64,000 nucleotides of DNA from an uncultured Planctomycetota bacterium (GCA_963719315.1 CAVRBU010000002.1:1184001-1248000), one strand, 5' to 3'; shown: positions 1 through 10,126, numbered from the stretch's first letter. Notes: generated by a model from the letters alone, not told the origin. Made by a program: numbers and translations.

Positions 1-453
1 GCTCGTCGACTCGGTCGATTCGCCGGAAGCGGTGCGGAATTGCCTACGAGCAGCGCGACAAGTCACAAGCGGACGGTTGATTTGCGTGTTCGGCGCAAAC
101 GGCGACTGCGATGCGACCGACCTACCGGCGATCGGCCGAGTGATTGGGACAATGTCCGATGCGGCTGCAATTACCAACGGCAGCCCGGCCGAATTTGGCT
201 CGCATCGCTCGTGTCTGGAAATTCGTAGTGGCTTTGTCGACATCGGCAAAGTGCAGGTCATCCTCGACCGCCAAGAAGCGATTCAGTGGGCACTCACGGA
301 AGCACAAGCGGGCGACACCATCGTGCTCGCCGGAATGGGCGCCACTCCCCACACTCCTCTCGGACCGGAAGCGCGCTGGCGAGCGATGTTGAAATCGTAC
401 AATGCGCTTTGCGCCGCGGTGCAGCGATACAACCACTTCGACTGGCCGCATAA
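1..453 (+). CDS. MurE-like Mur ligase, C-terminal part (5' end outside window; apparent 1-nt frameshift near 370)
   Basis: Frame +2 reads LVDSVDSPEAV..RLICVFGANGDCD..DRQEAIQWAL..GDTIVLAGMG, the layout of the Mur ligase C-domain. Frame +1 continues ...IQPLRLAA* (TAA 451-453). Lies next to murG. Confidence 0.7.
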
Positions 454-725
454 GTGTCAACCTGATCGGTGGGCCGCGCCCACTCTACTTTTCACGACTT
501 ATTCAAATCACTTCGTACATTGATCGTAAACGCTGAGGCTTCATCGTCGGCTTGCGCGGAATTGCGGGATTCCGCGTGGCCACCCTCCCTGGGTTGGAGC
601 ATAAGGCTTGCCGTGCACAGCGGTTTCTGGGTCAACCGCGCGTGGCAAGTGCTTCACGATGAAGCCTATGTCTGAGCACCGGAGCGGCGCTGCGCCGCTC
701 CGGTGTCTCAGCGGACTGAAGGAAG

Positions 726-819
726 TCAAGGAGACATGGTAACAAGGTGATAAGGAGATAGGGAGAACAGAGCGAATATCGAGGTCTCCTTGTCTCCCCC
801 GTTCCTTGTCTCCTTGTCT
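726..819. repeat. Short-unit (8-mer ACAAGGAG-like) tandem repeat followed by its inverted copy
   Basis: caaggagacatggtaacaaggtgataaggagatagggaga ... tctccttgtctcccccgttccttgtctccttgtct. Confidence 0.75.
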
Positions 820-827
820 AATCCCCT

Positions 828-1955
828 ATGCCTCGCCCCCCGCACATCGTTTTCGCCGGCGGCGGCACGCCGGGCCATTTGCATCCCGGCCTGGCCGTAG
901 CCACCCATCTCATCGAGCGGATTCCCGACGCGACAGTGACGTTCGTCGGCGGCGGTCGAGCATTGGATCGGCACGTCATTCGAGCGGCTGGATTTGGCTT
1001 CGCACCCGTGCCATCGCAGCCGGCGCCGGAAAAAGCTTTGCACGCCGTGCGGTTCGTGACGGATAACGTCGCCGGCTATTGGGCTGCCCGCTGGTTTCTG
1101 AAGGAAAAACGCGTCTCGGCCGTGGTCGGACTCGGCGGCGCTTCGAGTGCCCCTGCCGTGCGGGCCGCAATCTCGCGCGGCATTCCCACGTTGATGCTCG
1201 AACAAAATGTCGTGCCGGGCCGCGTTACGCGGTGGCTCGCTCGATCTGCTACAACGGTCTGCGCCGGCTTCAGCGAAACACGCGGCTACTTCCCTTCGGC
1301 AGCGCCGCTGATGGTCACCGGCAATCCGGCGCGGCCAGCTTTTGAACATATTTATAGAGATGCGCGACTCGGCAATCTGCGACCGCACGGAAAGAGGCTG
1401 ATCGTCATGGGTGGAGCGGGCGGAGCGCGCTCGCTCAATGAGCACATGCCCCGCGCGCTCGCCAGATTGCGAAGCCAACTCGCCGGTTGGGAAATCGTGC
1501 ATCAATCGGGAGAGGGCCAGTTGCAACAGACTGTGGCGCGGTACCGCGAGGCCAATGTCGATGCTTTGGTGGTGGCGTTTATTGACGAAATCGCGCCCGT
1601 CATGTTCGCTTCCGACCTCGTCGTTTGTCGCCCCGGCGGCACGACGTTGGCCGAGCTGTCGCTGGCCAGCATACCGGCCATCTTGGTGCCGTACCCGCGT
1701 GTGATGGACTATCATCTCCCGAATGCCGAGATTTTCGCAGCCGCCGGCGCCGCCACGCTGATCGACGAGACGGAACTCGCTGGTCCGCTGGAGGCCGCTC
1801 TCGCTGAGCACCTCGAGCCCTTGATCGTCGACGACGCTAGGCGATCGAAAATGGCCGCCTCGATGCGGCGAATGGCGCGGCCGGGCGCCAGCGCCAACGT
1901 GACCAACGCCATCTACGAAGGGTTGTTTAGCACCTCTGTGCGGCTAGCCGCCTAA
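828..1955 (+). CDS. murG: MurG-family GT28 glycosyltransferase (divergent)
   Basis: AGGGTPGHLHPG, LEQNVVPG, VTGNP, RPGGTTLAE and ILVPYP motifs; 375 aa. Confidence 0.85.
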   Translation: MPRPPHIVFAGGGTPGHLHPGLAVATHLIERIPDATVTFVGGGRALDRHVIRAAGFGFAPVPSQPAPEKALHAVRFVTDNVAGYWAARWFLKEKRVSAVVGLGGASSAPAVRAAISRGIPTLMLEQNVVPGRVTRWLARSATTVCAGFSETRGYFPSAAPLMVTGNPARPAFEHIYRDARLGNLRPHGKRLIVMGGAGGARSLNEHMPRALARLRSQLAGWEIVHQSGEGQLQQTVARYREANVDALVVAFIDEIAPVMFASDLVVCRPGGTTLAELSLASIPAILVPYPRVMDYHLPNAEIFAAAGAATLIDETELAGPLEAALAEHLEPLIVDDARRSKMAASMRRMARPGASANVTNAIYEGLFSTSVRLAA

Positions 1956-2079
1956 AGCATTTTTCAGCATCTCGCGACGACCAGGTGGCTGGGGCCGAAA
2001 CCACCGCGGCGGACGGGCCTCCAACGCAGTTAAGTGAACGCGGTGGTGTCCTAATTTGGCACCGTTCTGACCGGAACTT

Positions 2080-2150
2080 TGTAGCATGGACTTCAGTCCG
2101 TACGAGAATCACAGACTGAGGTCTGTATTACAAGCCTGTCGTGCCGCAAA
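2080..2150. repeat. GTAG-type REP doublet (REPIN-like), copy 1 of 2
   Basis: tgtagcatggacttcagtccgt-acgagaatc-acagactgaggtctgtattaca; near-identical copy at 25491-25561. Confidence 0.85.
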
Positions 2151-2264
2151 AAATAGGAAACCACCGTGAACGCTGCCCTCTAGTCCGCCCGCCTCTCCGA
2201 GCCTAAGCTGCCCGTATTGCGACTGCCGCAACGGCCCATCTCTGACACTCTACCCGAGAAACTC

Positions 2265-2625
2265 ATGCCCACACTAATCCCGCAGGCCACCCGCATCGCC
2301 GCGGCCGGCAACAAGCCAAAGTGTATCGACGAATTTGTCGGTCGCGTCAATTCGAAGCACGATCAACTGAGCGTCGCCCGAATGTCGTCGCCTGCCGGCT
2401 GGGTCGAGCCGGGGCAACGGCCCGAGTTTTTAGAAGTTAGCGTCGTACTTAGCGGCCGATTGCATGTCGAGCACGAGAGCGGCACGATGAACGTCGCCGC
2501 GGGACAGGCCGTCGTCTGCGCCGGGCGAGTGGGTCCGCTACAGCACGCCGGAAGGCGCAGAGTACATGGCTGTTTGCTTGCCGGCGTTTTCACCCGCCAC
2601 CGTTCATCGAGACGCGGGCAAGTAG
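2265..2625 (+). CDS. Cupin-domain protein (EutQ-like), frameshift near 2520
   Basis: MPTLI..AAGNKPKCIDEFVGRVNS..SPAGWVEPGQRPEF, continued in another frame by PGEWVRYSTPEGAEYMAVCLPAFSP..HRD. Confidence 0.8.
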
Positions 2626-2668
2626 CAGCTGCTTCCTCACCCTCTGGGAGAGGATTCTGCGATCGCTT

Positions 2669-3312
2669 CTATCTACCATAGAAGTGATAGTGAATATTGA
2701 ACCCCCTAGCCGCCCATAGCCGTATCCCAAGGCGCCACCGTACGGCCCTCCGCCGTAAGGATACGGATTCGATTGGTCGAGCTGCCTGTTCTCTTGTTCG
2801 GTCTGCGCCGCTGCTCGTTGCTCGTCTATTTGTTGTTGCGCGCCTTGGGCTGCCTCGGTTTGAGCTTGATTCAATGCCGAGTACGCTTGTTGAGTTTGCT
2901 TGTGAGCGGCCATCGCTTGTTGCAGACCGGACGCATTCTGCTGCTGGAACATCGCGTACTGTTGCTGCCGCTGTTGTTCTTCTTCGTCGAATTTCATCAG
3001 CCAGATTCTCATTTGGTTCGGCGACATGTTGGCTAATTCCGCCTCGTACTGCTTAGCCATTTCGGGCGTGACTTTGGCCGACTTGCTGCAATAGTCTTTC
3101 AGCCAGGCGCGTGCCCGAAGCATGTCGGCGCTGTTCCAGATTTCTTCCCGCTCGGCTTGCACTTGGGCCTGCGAATTCGACGGGACCGTTGGTACGCGCG
3201 TGGCGGCGACTCGCGGAACCGGTGCTTGGGCGTTGGCCACTATGCCGGCGGAAAAACATAAGCACGCGGCAATAAATGCGACGGCCAAACGAATCGGATG
3301 TGAACTGTTCAT
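2669..3312 (-). CDS. Secreted Gln-rich hypothetical protein
   Basis: Signal peptide, Q-rich helical body and GY-rich tail. A probable frameshift near 2710 gives ..FNIHYHFYGR* at 2669 and removes the overlap with the cupin. Confidence 0.6.
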
Positions 3313-3521
3313 GGGATATCACCTAGGGCTGGCGGATGTGCCGGAAATGGTTTTTGTGCGTCCTTGCCACATATTTCACTTTAGCTGCGGCTACTTCGGC
3401 GGCAAGAGTTACTCGGAGCGATCGGCCCGTGAGTGGGTGGTTCTAGAACGAATGTGCCGATCGGCGCGGTCGCGACGACCCGAATCGCATTCAGCGCTGA
3501 GCGGAGGGCAACTGGGGTGGA

Positions 3522-3600
3522 GGGTGGCTGAGGTGGAGCGCAGCGACCCCCCAGTTGCATCGGGGCTCATTCACTGCGGCGGACTCCACCCCAGCCACCC
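3522..3600. repeat. REP-like palindromic element (GGGTGGCTG...CAGCCACCC)
   Basis: gggtggctgaggtggag ... ctccaccccagccaccc inverted arms; related half at ~1983. Confidence 0.6.
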
Positions 3601-3636
3601 CTTGCTGAAAATTCCGCGTCCCCAGCGTCCGAATCG

Positions 3637-4767
3637 TCACTCGTCGTCGCCGGAGCTAATTTGCACGTAGCTCTCATAACGTCGAGCATCAATCCAGCCG
3701 TCGGCCACCGCATCCTTTACCGCGCAATGGTCCTCGTGCGTATGTGTGCAATTCGGAAAGCGGCAGCCGCTTACATACGGTCGCAGCTCGCGAAAGTAGG
3801 CGGCCACCTCTTCAGGGATCACGTCCCAAAGTTGAAATTGACGGATTCCCGGCGTATCGACCACGTAGCCGCCGAACGACAACGGAATGAGCTCGGCCGT
3901 CGTCGTTGTGTGACGTCCTTTTTGAGTTTCCTCGCTTACCGTCTGCACGCGCAAATGCAAACCGCTCTCGACAACGTTCAGCAAGGATGATTTGCCAACG
4001 CCGCTTTGGCCGGTGACGACGCTTTCGACGCCCGCTAGTCGAGCCCTCAAACGCTCGACGCCAAACCCGGTGCTAGCCGATACGAAAAGAACTTCATAAC
4101 CAAGTTGCGCATACACGCCCACCAACGGCATAAGATCGGCCGGCTCGATGAGGTCGATCTTGTTGATGCAGATAACCGGGCGGATTCCTGCCTTCTCCGC
4201 GGTAATCAAAAAGCGGTCGATGAGATTGGGCTTGATTCGTGGTTCGGCCGCGCTCGTGACGATGATCAGTTGATCGACGTTGGCCACGAGCACGTGCTGC
4301 CACCCGCGACTGGTGCGGCTCACCACCCCGCGACGCGGTTCGACCCGCTCGATGATCCCCTCCTCGGTTCCTTCCGGGCGAAACCAAACGACGTCGCCCG
4401 CGGCCACGACATGCCGTTGGTCGGTGGCCAGCGTCTTGAGCAGGCGGCGGGTCGCACATTGGAAGTTCTTCCCCGCCTCATCGCGCACGATACTCACCAA
4501 GCCCTGTACGCGAAGCACGCGACCAAGCCGGCAAATCGTGCGATCCACATCCAGATAAACGTGCGTGCCCGATTCGTCTTCGACGACATCCGCGCCAGCC
4601 ACTGTGCGCTTACGAGAAATGTGGCCTTTGCCACTAATGCGCTCGCCATGCGGAGCATCAACGGGCGAATCGGAACCCGCCAGCTCGCGCCTATAATCTT
4701 TGTCGCGGGCGCGAACGACTCGGTTCTTACGAAAATCCGTGCGTACCTTGCGTTTCTTCGCGGTCAC
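3637..4767 (-). CDS. rsgA: Ribosome small subunit-dependent GTPase A
   Basis: Circularly permuted GTPase motifs NKID, GQSGVGKSS, GRHTTT and DTPGIR; Zn site CRFPNCTHTHEDHC; GTG start at 4767 inferred. Confidence 0.95.
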   Translation of the reverse strand: MTAKKRKVRTDFRKNRVVRARDKDYRRELAGSDSPVDAPHGERISGKGHISRKRTVAGADVVEDESGTHVYLDVDRTICRLGRVLRVQGLVSIVRDEAGKNFQCATRRLLKTLATDQRHVVAAGDVVWFRPEGTEEGIIERVEPRRGVVSRTSRGWQHVLVANVDQLIIVTSAAEPRIKPNLIDRFLITAEKAGIRPVICINKIDLIEPADLMPLVGVYAQLGYEVLFVSASTGFGVERLRARLAGVESVVTGQSGVGKSSLLNVVESGLHLRVQTVSEETQKGRHTTTTAELIPLSFGGYVVDTPGIRQFQLWDVIPEEVAAYFRELRPYVSGCRFPNCTHTHEDHCAVKDAVADGWIDARRYESYVQISSGDDE

Positions 4768-4790
4768 AGGCTGAGTGCGTTCTTGCCACG

Positions 4791-4900
4791 GAAATTGCAA
4801 ATTGAAAATCGAAATTTGAAAAATGAGAATAGTGCAACAAAGCAGGCGTCGCGGTCGATCAGAATTTGCAATGTGCAATTATCAATTTGCATTTTTCAAT
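4791..4900. repeat. AT-rich heptamer tandem repeat with inverted copy
   Basis: aaattgc-aaattga-aaatcga-aatttga-aaaatga ... tttgcaa-tgtgcaa-ttatcaa-tttgcat-ttttcaa. Confidence 0.75.
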
Positions 4901-4935
4901 CGTCCCGAACTTGACTCAAATGTTGAATCGGCTCC

Positions 4936-5436
4936 TCACACCGGGTCGTCCGGCAGCTCGATCTGGCCTGCTTGATCGTTCGTCGGATCGTACCGACGAT
5001 CTGGATCGTGACGTCCACGTTGTGGACGTTCGAATTCGCGGTGATCCAAACCGGCCCGCGCCAGAAGCGATTCGCGCATCACTTCCTGGGAAACGTTGTC
5101 GGCCGGCGGCGGTCCCACGGCCCCGAGCTCCACGGGGTCGTATTCTACCCGATACTTATGCTTGGCGACCGCTAGAACGTCGCCCGGGTCGATACGTCGA
5201 GTCGCCCCCTTTTCCATTTTGAGTTCATTGATCTTTACGCCGTTGCTGCTCTGCATGTCTCGAACGTACCAATAACCGCCATCGACGAATAACTGACAAT
5301 GATGGGCCGAAACATTGGCAAACCGCAGTACGATGTCGCAACTTTCGCGGCGACCGATCAACAATTGCTTCTTCGCCTTCGGGCTCGGCAACGGGATCGG
5401 ATCCCCGCCACCAATGGGTATGAGTGTTCCGTACAT
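4936..5436 (-). CDS. FHA domain protein
   Basis: IGRRESCDIVL..NVSAHHC..DMQSSNGVKIN FHA motifs; ATG at 5436. Confidence 0.9.
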   Translation of the reverse strand: MYGTLIPIGGGDPIPLPSPKAKKQLLIGRRESCDIVLRFANVSAHHCQLFVDGGYWYVRDMQSSNGVKINELKMEKGATRRIDPGDVLAVAKHKYRVEYDPVELGAVGPPPADNVSQEVMRESLLARAGLDHREFERPQRGRHDPDRRYDPTNDQAGQIELPDDPV

Positions 5437-5527
5437 AACGACGCTCCCTTGCACCTGGCCGACTAGGGAAATTATGATGCCTGCAATCGAATTCAAACAG
5501 ATACCGTAACTCTACGTACCGACCCAA

Positions 5528-6595
5528 TTGGCGTCAACCAAACCACTTACGACAAATCAACCGTCAGCGGCCTCCGTTGGCCGCGAGCCGACGGCTCGCC
5601 GGGAACTGAGCTGGTGCGACTCCGGCTTGCCGTACTATTCTTGTAACTTCTACCTCCGCCAAAAGTTCGGCCGCCGGGTTCAAAAAGTCAGCATCGACGC
5701 TGGCTTTACTTGCCCCAATGTCGATGGCACCGTTGCCGTCGGTGGCTGCACGTTCTGCGACAACCGCAGCTTCAGCCCCAGTCGCCGCCTCCCCAGGTCC
5801 GGCATCCGCGGCCAGATCGATCAAAGCATCGCACGCATGCGGCTCCGCTACCGCAAGTGCTACGACTATCTGGCCTACTTTCAGCCTGCAACAAATACAT
5901 ACGCTCCAGTCGAACGGTTGCGTGCCGTTTATGAGGAAGCCCTCTCCCATCCGCAAGTCGTGGGCCTCGTAATCGGCACCCGCCCTGACTGCGTCCCCGA
6001 GGATGTCTTGGATCTGTTACAAGAATTCGCGACCTCACATCCCCATAGCCGCGATCCTACGGATCGCAGGGAAACCGGAACCTACCTCTCCGTCGAATAC
6101 GGCATGCAAACGATCCACAACCGCTCGCTCGATTGGATGAACCGCGGCCATCACCACGACGCGATGCTCGACGCCGTCGAGCGCAGCCGCGGCCGCGGTT
6201 TCGAAATCGGCGCACACGTAATGCTCGGCCTGCCCGGCGAAACGCACGACGACATGCTGGCCACCGCCCGCGAGATCGGCCGACTCGGAATCGACGCCGT
6301 AAAGATTCACAATTTGTACTGCGTGAAGAACACACCACTCGCCGACCAGGTCGCTCGCGGCGAGGTGCATTTGATGGAGCGCACGGAGTACGTGCAAACA
6401 CTCGTCGATTTCATCGAGCTACTTCCACCGACGGTGATCGTCGATCGCATCTCCGGCGACGCCCCGCCCGAATATTTTATCGGTCCCACCTGGTGCCTCG
6501 ATAAACCGGCGATCAAAGCCGCAGTGCTGGAAGAGTTCTCGCGGCGAGAAACCTGGCAGGGACGTGTCGCAGACGCGGCGCAACCAATAACGTAG
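5528..6595 (+). CDS. TIGR01212 (YhcC/YtqA-like) radical SAM protein
   Basis: DAGFTCPNVDG..GGCTFC, AYFQPATNTYAP, GTRPDC, EYGMQT and VKIHNL motifs. Confidence 0.92.
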   Translation: MASTKPLTTNQPSAASVGREPTARRELSWCDSGLPYYSCNFYLRQKFGRRVQKVSIDAGFTCPNVDGTVAVGGCTFCDNRSFSPSRRLPRSGIRGQIDQSIARMRLRYRKCYDYLAYFQPATNTYAPVERLRAVYEEALSHPQVVGLVIGTRPDCVPEDVLDLLQEFATSHPHSRDPTDRRETGTYLSVEYGMQTIHNRSLDWMNRGHHHDAMLDAVERSRGRGFEIGAHVMLGLPGETHDDMLATAREIGRLGIDAVKIHNLYCVKNTPLADQVARGEVHLMERTEYVQTLVDFIELLPPTVIVDRISGDAPPEYFIGPTWCLDKPAIKAAVLEEFSRRETWQGRVADAAQPIT

Positions 6596-6622
6596 GGTGT
6601 TTCGAGTCTGCGAGACGCACCA
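6592..6622 (+). repeat. GTAG-type REP
   Basis: gtagggtgtttcgagtctgcgagacgcacca; relative tagggtgggtcgagtctgcgagacccacca at 25451-25480. Confidence 0.7.
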
Positions 6623-6788
6623 CAACTTGCTATGCAGGGTCTAGCAATCGTCGTGTCTCTTCGCACACAACATGAGTTGTGTTGCAAGTGCCGTGGGCGG
6701 TGTCATTGTGATCGTTACGACGTGGCAATCACGATCGCGAATGTGATAGAGAAACTATCAAGTGCGACCCGCCGCACGTAATGACCAA

Positions 6789-8036
6789 TCAGCGCTTCGT
6801 CGTCGTCGTTTCTTCTACGGCCGGCACCGGCACAATCTCATAAGAAAACGCGCCCAAAAGTTTGCCACTGGCGCCTTCGTGGCACTGCAGACAGGCTGCG
6901 CTGGCACGAAGTGCGCCGAGCATCCGAATTCGTTCCGGTTGCTGGTCAACGACTACATCTTCCTGCGAAATCAGCAGCGGCAACGCGCCGGCTTCGAAAT
7001 CGTTGAGCTGACGATGGGGAGCTTCCACGATCTTATCCATTGGCGGCAACGTCTCCGAAACATAAACGCGAGGTTTGTCGCGCAACAGACCAACAAGTTC
7101 CAAACGAATTACTTGCCAGTGTTTGGCGCTTCGGAACTCTCGCTCCCAGCTACCACCGAGAGTGCTGAATTGATGCGATTCGAAACCGGCTACGGCGTCA
7201 CGACTCTTGATATATCCCATGCGGTCCGGCGATAGGAAATCACTGATGGCAACATGATGAACTGAAACTAATTCGCTTTTAGATGATAGTGACTGTGAAA
7301 TGCCAAGGGAGATGGGTAGGGACAATTTCTCGGGTCTTTCGAAGTCAACCAATCGATATGTGAGCGATGGCATTCGCATCAACCCGAATCCCGCGGCGCG
7401 GGCGAATTCCGCGGAGCTATCTTCATGTAACTCGCGCAACGCTTCTGCCCGGGAGAAGTATTGGTGCTGAACTTGGAACTGATCTTGCTTGGCCAAATTT
7501 GCCGCGACAGCTGGGGACATTGAAATCGTCTCTACCGTATTGGTATCGCGAGATTGCTCTGACCGCTCAAATGCCAATCGAGATGATAGTGCTTTGAATG
7601 GGTATCGAGTTCTAAGTTCTCGCAGTTCGCTGAGCTTGGCGGCCCCCTGCGAAAAGGCAAATCCATACACAACCACCATCACGCCGACCAAAATCAAGGT
7701 GAAAATCCGCGGCCTCGGTCGAATCGCAATCAGGATCAAACACGCAATCCCATTTGCCAAGGCGTGCAGAAAAAAAACCAAAAAACCAATGGCCAATAAG
7801 AACCCCAAGACCAGGCCGATTCCGGCCGGAAGAATTGTGCTTGCCGGTGCTCGGCAATACGCCAGAGTACAAACGAAAATCAGAAATATGGAACAACTTG
7901 CTGAAAAGAGATACACACCGCCAAACCAGTGCACGGGGGCCAACAACACACAAGCGGCTCCCAGTCCGACAAGTAAACTCCGTAAGCTGAACCGTATTCC
8001 ATTCCGAGGTGCCGCGATCGGAACTGAGGCATCCAT
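6789..8036 (-). CDS. Membrane protein with C-terminal CxxCH (DUF3365-like heme c) domain
   Basis: RFSLRSLL N-terminal motif, ~5 hydrophobic segments, C-terminal ALRASAACLQCH..LLGAFSY. Confidence 0.7.
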   Translation of the reverse strand: MDASVPIAAPRNGIRFSLRSLLVGLGAACVLLAPVHWFGGVYLFSASCSIFLIFVCTLAYCRAPASTILPAGIGLVLGFLLAIGFLVFFLHALANGIACLILIAIRPRPRIFTLILVGVMVVVYGFAFSQGAAKLSELRELRTRYPFKALSSRLAFERSEQSRDTNTVETISMSPAVAANLAKQDQFQVQHQYFSRAEALRELHEDSSAEFARAAGFGLMRMPSLTYRLVDFERPEKLSLPISLGISQSLSSKSELVSVHHVAISDFLSPDRMGYIKSRDAVAGFESHQFSTLGGSWEREFRSAKHWQVIRLELVGLLRDKPRVYVSETLPPMDKIVEAPHRQLNDFEAGALPLLISQEDVVVDQQPERIRMLGALRASAACLQCHEGASGKLLGAFSYEIVPVPAVEETTTTKR

Positions 8037-8174
8037 ATTGCCGCCTTCGTTGGATGAAGAGTGGAAAGCGATCATGAAAAGGTGGCCGGTATTACAGCCG
8101 GCTTGATACATAAATCGTTTTCGCAGACATAGATTATTGCAAAACGTCAAACGCTGCAAACACCTTCACTTTAC

Positions 8175-8339
8175 CTATAGGTGTGTTCCACCAAGCGGAT
8201 GCCGCACGCGCAGAAAGTGAGTCCGCTTATTCATCGGCAACGCCAGCAGCCGGCGAATCTGCTCGACGAGCGCCCGTTCGCTCTCCTTCTTGAGGGCTTC
8301 TTCCTGGGCCTTCCTACCTTTTGTTTTCTGTTTTCTCAC
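8175..8339 (-). CDS. Small basic helical protein (54 aa), possible antitoxin or partner of the adjacent nucleotidyltransferase
   Basis: Manual translation from GTG: MRKQKTKGRKAQEEALKKESERALVEQIRRLLALPMNKRTHFLRVRHPLGGTHL*. It overlaps the 3' end of the upstream gene and is below the ORF-track cutoff. Confidence 0.55.
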   Translation of the reverse strand: MRKQKTKGRKAQEEALKKESERALVEQIRRLLALPMNKRTHFLRVRHPLGGTHL

Positions 8340-8784
8340 TGAGCGTCCTCTCCAGGATTGGCAACACAGCTAGGTCTTTGTCTCGCCCTGTCGCGCGTTT
8401 GCTTTTAATAATATCCTCAAGAGTTGCGATCTTCAGGCCGTATTCGCCGAATTCCACCACGGTCGAACGCGAACGCAATCCTTCAAATGAGCGGACGCCA
8501 TGCAGGCGCGTCATGAAATCGAGTTGAAATCCCTGTTCGTCGTTGACGACACGGAACAAATCGGACGCCGGGTAATAAGGCTTCAGAATCGTGGCCCGCA
8601 TCGTTTGAGCCACAGCTTTCAGTTTTTTCATGTTTAGCGGCGTCTTGCGAAACATGAAATCAATATCAAGCGTCGTAACGGGAGCGCCGTGCAAGGCGGC
8701 CGCGGCGTTACCCACCATGATCGCCTCCAAGCGATGCTCGGCAAAAACCTTCGCGATCCGGTTAAGTAGCGGTTCTGCATTCAT
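8314..8784 (-). CDS. Nucleotidyltransferase-superfamily protein (DUF6036/AbiEii-like)
   Basis: MVGNAAAALHG..TTLDIDF..QLDF..LEDIIKSKRATGRDKD pattern. Confidence 0.8.
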   Translation of the reverse strand: MNAEPLLNRIAKVFAEHRLEAIMVGNAAAALHGAPVTTLDIDFMFRKTPLNMKKLKAVAQTMRATILKPYYPASDLFRVVNDEQGFQLDFMTRLHGVRSFEGLRSRSTVVEFGEYGLKIATLEDIIKSKRATGRDKDLAVLPILERTLSEKTENKR

Positions 8785-8867
8785 GCGAACTTGGCCCGTC
8801 TGTTTTGCGTCTGCGTAACTATACCACCAGACAGATTGCGGCCACTACGTTCTTGTTGCAATACGAG

Positions 8868-8873
8868 TATAAT
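8868..8873 (+). promoter_or_regulatory. Probable -10 box of rnpB
   Basis: TATAAT just upstream of the RNA 5' end; no clear -35. Confidence 0.5.
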
Positions 8874-8884
8874 TGAAATCCCCC

Positions 8885-9256
<372 letters not shown>

Positions 9257-9268
9257 GGGGGTTTTTTG

Positions 9269-9471
9269 CAGGGAGCACGGAGCAGGGAGCACGGAGCAGG
9301 GAGCACGGAGCAGGGAGCACGGAGCAGGGAGCACGGAGCAGGGAGCACGGAGCAGGGAGCACGGAGCAGGGAGCACGAGAGCAGGGAGCACGGAGCATGG
9401 AGCACGGAGCATGGAGCACGGAGCATGGAGTAAGAATCAAAATTCCGACTCCCTGCTTCTTGCTCCATGCT
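9269..9471. repeat. Heptamer microsatellite GGAGCA(C/G/T), ~23 units, with a short inverted arm
   Basis: gggagcacggagca repeated over 9271-9430, then ctccctgcttcttgctccatgct. Confidence 0.95.
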
Positions 9472-9538
9472 AAGACGAAAACGCCCCGGACTAATCGGAC
9501 CAGTGCGGTAAGTTCCACGGCGCAGTATCCTGGAGAGC

Positions 9539-10126
9539 GTGTACGAAGTCACTCTCATCCTGTCCGCCATAGAGCAAGGCGAGCCCCACGCCGCCGAGCA
9601 GTTGATGGCACTCGTCTACACCGAATTGCGTCGGCTTGCGGCCCGGAAGCTGGCCCAAGAGAAGCCAGGGCAAACCCTCGACGCAACCGGCTTGGTCCAT
9701 GAAGCCTACCTGCGCCTCTTCAGCGGCCAACAAAGTCAGACCACGCAGCAACACTGGGATAACCGTGGGCACTTCTTCGCCGCCGCCGCCGAAGCCATGC
9801 GGCGGATCTTGATCGAAAACGCCCGCCGCAAGAAACGCCTCAAACACGGCGGCGATCGAAAGCGAGTCGAATTGTCAGACCAGGATCTGGCCATCCACGA
9901 CGAGCCCGACCAACTGCTCGCGTTGGATGCGGCCCTGACGAAGCTGACTCAGGAAGATCCTGCGGCAGCACAACTAGTGAAGCTCCGCGTGTACACCGGC
10001 CTGTCGATCGAAAGGGCGGCCGAGGTGCTCGGCTTTTCGCGGGCAACTGCCTACCGCCACTGGAATTACGCCCGGGCCTGGCTCCGTTGCGAGATCGAGA
10101 AAGGGGGTGACTCAGAAGAAATTTAA
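9539..10126 (+). CDS. ECF-type sigma factor, TIGR02999 (kinase-associated) type
   Basis: VYTELRRLAARKL..QTLDATGLVHEAYLRL..HFFAAAAEAMRRILIENARRK..WNYARAWL. Confidence 0.93.
   Translation: MYEVTLILSAIEQGEPHAAEQLMALVYTELRRLAARKLAQEKPGQTLDATGLVHEAYLRLFSGQQSQTTQQHWDNRGHFFAAAAEAMRRILIENARRKKRLKHGGDRKRVELSDQDLAIHDEPDQLLALDAALTKLTQEDPAAAQLVKLRVYTGLSIERAAEVLGFSRATAYRHWNYARAWLRCEIEKGGDSEEI

Noticed and set aside
9269..9430. Repeat array as CRISPR
   Set aside because: It is a pure heptamer tandem repeat with no spacers, and there are no cas genes in the window.
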